A DNA stretch of 64,000 bases from Catajapyx aquilonaris (lineage: Eukaryota): positions 1-64,000 of the forward strand of contig KZ538221.1 of NCBI GenBank assembly GCA_000934665.2, in the 5' to 3' direction. The notes beneath the pieces are model-generated. The model was not told the DNA's origin, made no database searches, and saw only the letters and a list, made by a program, of their open reading frames with translations. The translations under genes and the position numbers were made by a program. Shown here one piece after another: positions 53,201 to 62,200 of this stretch (positions within the stretch are counted from its first letter, which is position 1; the number at the start of each line of letters is the position of its first letter).

Positions 53201-56200
53201 ACCCGGGTGAAACGAGACTTGATCCGGATCAAGAGGGATCGTGGAGGGAACTATGGGGTCCCGCATGATATCCGGTTCAATGACGAGCTTTGGGATCACG
53301 AGTGGTATTTGGTAAGTCAACTCTAATCAGAATCCGGGTTGAGCTTGCGTCACACATACACACGGTCTGGCACGCCAGATGTCTCTTATTGTGTCGAACA
53401 ATCCTTATCAGACTTTAAATTGAAAGATGGAGGTTAGAAGGGCGATATGTTTAATGTATTTCAGAAAGATACGAGGACGATTGCAAATTTACCCAAATTG
53501 GATCTGCACGTCGTACCGGTGTACGACATGAACATCACAGGACGTGGGGTCAGGGTCACTATCCTGGACGATGGCATCGAATACACACACACTGACCTGG
53601 CTGACAACTATGTAAGTTAATTTTAAAATGTTTTGAGTAAGATATTGTTGAAATATTTTGAGTTGAAAATAATTGTTGAAATATTTCGAGTTAAAAATAA
53701 TTGTTGAAATATTTGAGTTATTAAAGCATGGTTGAAATATTTGAGTTATTAAAGCATTGTTGAAATATTTGAGTTATTAAAGCATTGTTGAAATATTTTG
53801 AGTTACATATTGTTGAATTATATTGAATGAAAATGGTGTGTGTTGAGAAATAATTACTCAAAACCTGTTGACATATTGAAGAATTGAAATATTTCTGAAA
53901 TATTAGAGAAGTAAAAGTTTTGAAGTATTCTGAGTAAAAGTTCTGAGTTAAGTGTTGAAATATTTTGAGTGACAATTGTTGATTTTGAGTAATTTTTGAT
54001 ATATGAAAAAGTGAAATATTTCTGAAATACGGTATTAAAGAAGCGAAAGTTTTGAAATATTCTGAGTGAAATATTTTCAGATATGGAATATTCTGAGTGA
54101 AATATTTTCAGATATGGAATATTCTGAGTGAAATATTTTCAGATATGGAATATTCTGAGTGAAATATTTTCAGATAATATGGAATATCTTGAGCGAAACA
54201 CTTTGGACTGACAATAATATAATAGTTGTAAGTATATATTAATTACATAAAAATGATTCGAAAAGCAATAAATTGTATAATATTTCTAGTGGTTCCAAAT
54301 AGTGCAGCTAAAACGCGCTTTTAGACCAAAAATGGGTCTCGATATTTTTTGACCAAAAAAGTTAAAAAAAAAACTCATCCAAAACCTTTTAAAAAAACCA
54401 ACTCATTCTCTTAATTTCAACAGTTTGAACCACCTCTCCAAAAAAATGTTCCGTCCACTCACATCCCCATCAAAAAAGTTAAACAAAAATTTGTCAGCCT
54501 AGTTTAGAACTAGTAGTGTCCTCTAGTGTCTAGTCCGTCCCACTTTAGAATCGTAGAATATTACACTGCTCTTTTTTTCTTTTTGGTAATATGACTCCAG
54601 TGTTGGAAAAGCAATTCCCATCATATGGCAGAGCTATGTGAGAGGCGTTTATTGGCCCTCACAATCATTTCCAGGTTGTAACACTAGAGGGAGGATTAGG
54701 CCGCCAGATGACGACTCAGATCAATGGGGAGGGGCTTGAGTGTTGCGTTTTTTTTTGTTCTTTTTTATTTTGCGGAAAAGGATGGAGGGGAGGGAGGCAC
54801 GTGATGACCCAGATTATGGCCGTCGTTATGTTGATGGAAGTGGTGAAAATGATTCATCCCCATAGGCCTCACTCTCTATGCAACCGTACTTTTATGTGTG
54901 GTATCAAATGTGCACCGGGTTGACCCTTGACCTAGTTAGTTTTCAGAGCCGTTTGTAGCTATTTTAGCAGTTATCATCAATATTAGCAGCCATTTTTAGC
55001 TTCAATGTATACTTTCCTTTTCAGGACCCAGAAATTAGCTTCGACGTGAACGACAACGACCCAGACCCGTTCCCACGGTACGACCCGAGAAACACCAACA
55101 GTCATGGGACCAGATGTGCTGGAGAGATAGCCATGGTCGCCAATAATCATAAGTGTGGCGTAGGAGTCGCTTACAACAGTAAGATTGGAGGTGAGTAAAG
55201 GTGGTGAACAAGCTCATTGGCTAGAGAGGAGTGAGACGAGCTTTGATTAGCTGGATAGGAATGAGACGAGATCTTATTGGTTAGGAAGGAATGAGACAAG
55301 ATCTGACTAGTTGGGAAGGAATGATACTGGCTCTGATTGGCTGGAGAGGAGTAAAATGAGCTCTGATTGGTTGGGAAGAAATACGACGAGCTGTGATTGG
55401 CTGGAGGGGAGCAGTTGTAATCTGTTGGTAAGGAATAAAACAAGCTCTGATAGGCTGGGAAGGAATGAGACGAGATCTGACTGGTCTGAGAGGAATGAGA
55501 CTAGCTCTTATTGGTTAGAAAGGAATGAGACAAGATCTGACTTGTTGGGAAGGAATGACATGGGCTCTGATTGGCTGGAGAGGAGCGAAATGAACTCTGA
55601 TTGGTTGGGAAGAAATGAGACGAGCTGTGATTGGTTAGAAGGAATAAGGCGATGCCTGAGTGGTTAGGAAGGCATGATATGGGCTGTGATTGGCTGGAAA
55701 GGAGTGAGACAAGTTGTAATCGGTTGGTAAGGAATAAAACAAGCTCTGATTGGTTGGGAAGGAACGAGACACGCTCTAATTGGCTAGAAAGGAATGGCTC
55801 GTGTTCATTGGCTTGTAGGAGCTGAATCAAAGGCTTTACCTTGCTAAATAAGCTAGATAGACTGGAGAGATGCTAGAAAAGCGTCGATAGACCATTCCAA
55901 ACATCAAACAGTCCTTTTTAAAAATAAACTCGAAAATCCCATTTCCATTCAAACAACATGGCGTTTTCCCTAAATATTTGTCAAAAGTTTCCTCCAGGTC
56001 TAAAATAATCCGGGGAGCCATAATCCTGAGCAAACTCTTTGAGTTGACGCTCCATTAGCAAGTAATCTTCCAGGCACACAAAACTCCAAGTGTTTTCGTA
56101 TAATCCGGACTCCCCCGGATATGAACGACCGGATATGTACTTTTTTTAAAAAAAAAGTGTATAAATAGTGAGCTATAGTATATAATGCGGTAGAAAATAT

Positions 56201-59200
56201 TTTGAACTACCGCAATTTTTTTTGAAAAAAAAAAGTATGTGGGTTGGTTGTCCTCACATTTTACCAACTAGTTTTTTTTTGGCTAGAAAATAAATCTAGT
56301 GCTAGCCCCTATATAAAAAAAAAGGTCATTAGAAATTACAAAGAGTTAGGGTCATATTTCACTCTCACGCTCTCCATAAAGCAAGCTTTTGTCAGACTTA
56401 AATGATGGAGATGGCCTCTGAAGATGGAGTGGAATGAAAATGGCGCTTTACACTAACGGTGGTCCATGGAATTTTTCGCATGAAATGTGTTTAAAAAATT
56501 TGCATTGCGATTACGGTGTCCGGGTGTTTAAATTTGGCCGTTTATTTAAAGCGTAACATGATTTTTCACTGTTAAATTTAAAAATATATTTGGTGGTGTT
56601 ATAGAACAGCATTAAAGGGTAGCTAATATTTTTGCACTGTATGTACAAATTGTTGTACAATTTAATATAGTTACATATACAGCCGTTCATAAGAGTAGTA
56701 TAAAAGGTCTGGACTTCACATGCCTCGGTAGCGCAGTAGGCAGCGCGTCAGTCTCATAATCTGAAGGCCGTTCGATCCTCACCCGGGGCACCACTTTTTT
56801 TAAATTGAAATTAAAAATGGTAGATAAATTGCACGTAATGGCTAATTTAAAATTATATAAATAATAATGAAAACTTACCTCCAAAAATAGCAGTTATTTT
56901 AAACTGATTTAATATTAATAAATTTAATAAATAACTCTAGTTTGACTATCTACACTACACCTGCTTTACATAAGCTGTTCAGGATGTGCGGTCCAGTTAT
57001 TATCGGTTTAAAGCGACAAGTGATGACACTTGACCTGATTTGGTCAAGGGTCCGTCACGTCGCTTATCTGCCACCACTAATTACTCCAATCAAATGTCAT
57101 TAGCTCTATCTATACTATGAAAGCCCATTTTTTAAAAGCCACTCTATGCAACAAAGGGCTGTTGGAAGCTTAATGCCATCGACCAAGAGGTTGGCAGGCG
57201 ATTAAGTGTCACTCCAATAATCAGAGGTGCCAACCGATCAGGATGGCCACCAAGCTTTGAGGCAACATCAATAATAATAATAATAAAAAAGAAGGCAAAA
57301 GAGTGGTGCCCCGGGTGAGGATCGAACTCACGGCCTTCAGATTATGAGACTGACGCGCTGCCTACTGCGCTACCGAGGCTTGTTGAACTTTATAGCCGTT
57401 ACTAGGTACATACGTACAGATAAAACCGGATGAAACTTTTTGGAAAAGTATCAACAGTTGCTCTAACATAGTCACTATCAGTATGAGTAGGAATAGCACT
57501 ATTCGCAGTAGTTACAAAAAAAAATGTTGAATAGACCCAATGGCTATCAATCTATTAATTTTACGGGGTTATCAAATGCCTTTTAATAGTCATAGTTGAA
57601 AACAAGTGTTTCAACTACAACTGTTAACGAGTTTCGCACCAAGTTGCTTATATTTTAAACAGTTACTTCTGTCAACCACTATAACATCGACTGGTTAAAA
57701 AAGCAGATTAGCGTCAAAATCCCCAACCATTTTAGATGTAACACTGCATTTCTAAGCTGCTCTTTTTTATAACCATCACTAAAAAGCAACTCCTTAAAAC
57801 AAGTCGCTTATTATTTCGCATATTATTCATTATATTCGTGTAATTTTAATTTTTTTAAAAAGTGGTTATCAGCAGTAGCAGCTAACGCGCTTACATAATG
57901 GCTATTTCTGCAAGCAGTAGCAGCTTACTGAATATTTATCTCCAGATCCTTACATCTAACCGTATAGCTTAAATAATATATCAGTGTTCCAGCTAAAATC
58001 GTTAGCGATTTTGACACTTCTAAGCTGCTTATTTTAGTAGTTATTTTTGTGACCATTAAACCAAATGCTTAAATAAGCAGCTCATTATTAGGTACGTTAT
58101 TTGTTAAATTCGATTATTAATTATTTTTAGTCATTGGTTTTAGTGGTTATCAGAAGTAGCTATAGTAAGCCAACAGTCACGTAGTCTAGCGACGTACCGT
58201 ATCTAAAGTATGTAAGCTGCTTACTTTAGCAGCTACTTCTGATAACCACTGACACTAAATGCTAAAAAAGTAGCAAATAATTATTACACGAATATAATCA
58301 ACAATATGCGAAATAATAAGCGGCTTATTATAAGCACTTGCCTTTAGTGGTTATCAAAATTAACTATATAAAATAAGCAGTTTAGCTTAGAAATGCATGT
58401 TGCAATTGAAATAGAGAGCGATTTTGGCCCTAAGCGGTTTATTTTAGTAGTTACTTTTGATAACCACTAAAACCAATTAGTTATATTACGCAGCTTATTA
58501 TTTCGTATAATATTAGGCGAACACAAATATAGCTAATATGCAAAATAATAAGAGGCTTATTATAAGCAGTTGGCTTTAGTGGTTATCGAAATTAACTAGA
58601 CGTAAAATAAGCAGTTTAATATAGCTGGGACAAATGTCTCACATGTGCGCCTAATACGAGACGGAATAATAAGATGCTTATTTTAACTAATTGTTTTTAG
58701 TGGTTATCAAAATTAACTACTAAAATAAGCCGCTTAGTGCCAAAATCGCTCTACATTTCAGTTGCAACATGCATTTATAAGCTAAACTGCTTATTTTAGT
58801 AGTAGGGCGTCCGACTGCTAATCGAGAGGTCCTGGGTTCGAATCCCGGGGCCGGCAACCCTGACTGTGGTTTTCTGTCGTTTTCCACGGTCTTTCTAGGA
58901 TAATTCCGGGTCGCTTCCGTATTATAGGCCACAGCCGCTTCCTTCCTTCCCTATCCTTGGAGGTTGAAAGGCAATGCTGGGCCAACCTCCTTAAACATCA
59001 ATTATAAAGTTAATTTTGATAACCACTAAAACCAATTAGTTAAAATAAGCCGCTTATTATTTCGCATAATATTTGGCGAACATTTGAAACATTTGGTCCT
59101 GACCCTCCGACATTTTCAGGCATACGCATGCTCGACGGCAAGGTCAACGACAGGGTGGAGGGCACGGCAATGACCTTTGCCCGTCATAAGGTCGACATCT

Positions 59201-62200
59201 ACAGCTCATCATGGGGACCGAACGACGACGGTAAGACAGTAGAAGGACCTGGTCGGTTGGCCCATGAGGCCTTAGTTCGAGGCGTGACCCAGGGTCGAGA
59301 GGGCAAAGGGGTCATCTACATGTGGGCAGCTGGGAACGGAGGTACGCACAGGGACAACTGCAACTGCGACGGATACACATCCAGCATCTTCACGCTGTCC
59401 ATCGGCAGCGCATCGGAACAAGGACAGTTTCCGTGGTACGGCGAGTTGTGCGCTTCAACCATGGCGGTCACGTACTCTAGCGGCGCTTACACGGACCAGA
59501 AGATTGTAAGTCCCTTAATCAATATTCCGCTTAACCAGTGCCATCTAACGGGCTAGCTCAGAACTAGCTGTACTCCTAGTGTGTGGCGCCATCTCAATTT
59601 TGACACAATTATTTCCAGTCAACGACCGACTTGCACGATACATGTACAACGAGCCATACCGGTACATCAGCAGCAGCGCCTCTAGCGGCCGGTATAGCCG
59701 CCCTGGTGTTGGAAGCAAAGTACGTCCACTAATTAACTTATGGGGCCATCGGAAGCGTCAATCACTGTCCCGTATCGTACGCCAATCATGTCCACAACAT
59801 TAGTGGACACCCTGGGAAAAAAAACTGGTTTTAATTTTTTACGGGGTTAAAGTGGCAGGAACAGCATTATGGTGATTGGTCGGCGACAGTATCGCATTTC
59901 CGCGGCTGAATGCCGTTAATCGCATTACTCTTGAAAATAATTGCAACAGTTAGTATGACGCGAACACTGTATTCATGCGGGTAATTACGTTAAGGCTAAA
60001 ACCGGTTATAGCGCATGTAGGGCCATACTGATTCTGAGCTAGTGTTGGAAGGTATGGAAACGGGTAACCGTTGAAAAATCGCCAGAGCCACAATAACGTT
60101 CGTTGGCCTTCACAATGAGTGCCGCATTGTTGAGCGTCTAAACTCGCATTAAACTTTAAAAAGGGCGACGAACCGTGCCTGGCATGGCCACAAGATGGAC
60201 AGTACTGGTGCGGTCACCCAAAGCCATGCAGATATCACCAAGAAGGGCTGTGCGATATTTCGATACATCGACTGTTGATACGATATTTCGATACATCTAC
60301 TGTTGATACGATATTTCGATACATCGACAGTGGATACGATATTTCGATACATCGACTGTTGATACGATATTTCGATACATCGACTGTTGATACGATATTT
60401 CGATACATCAACTGTTGATACGATATTTCGATACATCGACTGTTGATACGATATTTCGATACATCGACTGTTGATACGATATTTCGATACATCGACTGTT
60501 GATACGATATTTCGATACATCGACTGCTGATACGATAGTTTCCTAATATCGAAGTTGCGATATCCGACGCTTGGCGTGTGCGATGTATTGAATATCGCGA
60601 TTTTTCGATGTCGGTTCGATGTCGGGTTTCGATATTTTTCGATGTCGGTTCGATGTGGGTTTTCGATATTTTTCGATGTCGGTTTTTCGATTTTAGATAT
60701 ATCGACTTTCGATACGTATCGAAAGTCGATATGCAATTTCGGATATCGCACAGCCCTAGCACCAACCCTACCTTTCTTGTACGAGGACCGTACTTGTTAC
60801 CTGTCCCATTATTACCGTCTACCCGTCGTAATGAATATATCCGCATACTCAAAGCGCGTCCAACTTTGAGCCCTTGAATCTGGTTCTAAGTACCCCTAAT
60901 TATGCAATTGCTCTGATGTAAACCCCTCCACGGTTGCCATTACGTTATTAAAACAACTCCGCAAAGTTTCCCTCAACCAACCCTGCGTCTGAATACACCA
61001 ATCAGGACATCATAATGAGGGTCCATTCTCCCGGCTGTAAGCTTGGGACACTCGACAGGAGTGGACAGAACTTCCGTCCCGCTTTTGTTTGGACCTGACA
61101 TTTTCTGTTGGGTTTTAAGCGCGTCCTAACTTAGGCTCGTTATGGCTCCACCTACTACTTTTGAGAGGCGAATCAAAGGGAGGCACGTAGAGGATGTTCA
61201 GTTTGGGTTCCACAACAGGGCCTTAATGGGGGATGAGGCTAGATGGCAGCACTTCATTAAGGGAGGACGCCTCCGTTGGGTGGAGCCACTTCATTAGGAG
61301 GCTTTTCATTAGGCGGCGCCTTCGTGTGCAAAGGAGTTTAACAATGATGCGTCTTTTGTAGGGGAGTGTTGGACTTAATGTATTGTTGTCCGACTTCGTT
61401 ACCGTGCAAGTTTACGTCTTGATTAGGATCTAGTTAGCTTAAGTCTGATGTGATTCAAAGTTGATCCTGAATTTGATTTGGATCAAAGTTGATCCTAATA
61501 TTATTCTAGATCAAAGTTGATCCTAATATTAATTTGGATCAAAGTTGATCATGATCCTGGTCAAGGTTGATCCTATAATATATCCAGATCAAAACTGATC
61601 ATAATTTTGAGCATGATCAAAGTTGATACCGAATTTGGTGAGGTTGAAAGTTGATTCTAATTATTTTGATCCAGAATTTGATCCATAACAATATTGATCC
61701 GGGTCTTACCTGATCCAAATTGATCCAAATTTTGATCCAGATAAAAAGTTGATCTCGAATTAATTCGGATCAAAGTTGATCTTAATTTTCAACCTGATTT
61801 TGGTCCTATCAAAGTAGATCTTGATTTTGATCCTATCAAAGTTGGTCATGAATTTGATCCACATCAATATTGATCCGGGTCTTGAACTTGATCAAAGTTG
61901 ATCCATAATTTGATTATTACGATCAAAACTGATCCTTTTTGATCCTGAATTTGATTCATACCAATATTGATCCGGATCTTGAACTTGATCAAAGCTTATC
62001 CAAAGATACCGTTCAAAGCTTGGTTCAAAGTTGATCCTAAATTTGATCCAGATATAAGTTGATCCTGATTTTGATCCTGATTACAATCATTTGATTTTGA
62101 TTTTGTCATTTTGATCTAGATAAGCTGATCCAGATTTTCGTCCAGATTAAAGTCGATCTTAATATTGATCAGGATCAACTGTTCACGATCAAAGTTGATC

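Noticed and set aside
58802..58855. Possible additional tRNA gene (also 42565-42635)
   Set aside because: No complete cloverleaf; both continue into SINE bodies and tails.
60149..60877. Overlapping 200- and 205-aa repeat ORFs on -
   Set aside because: They are read-throughs of a stop-free 28-bp tandem inside a hAT-type element; no transposase motifs.
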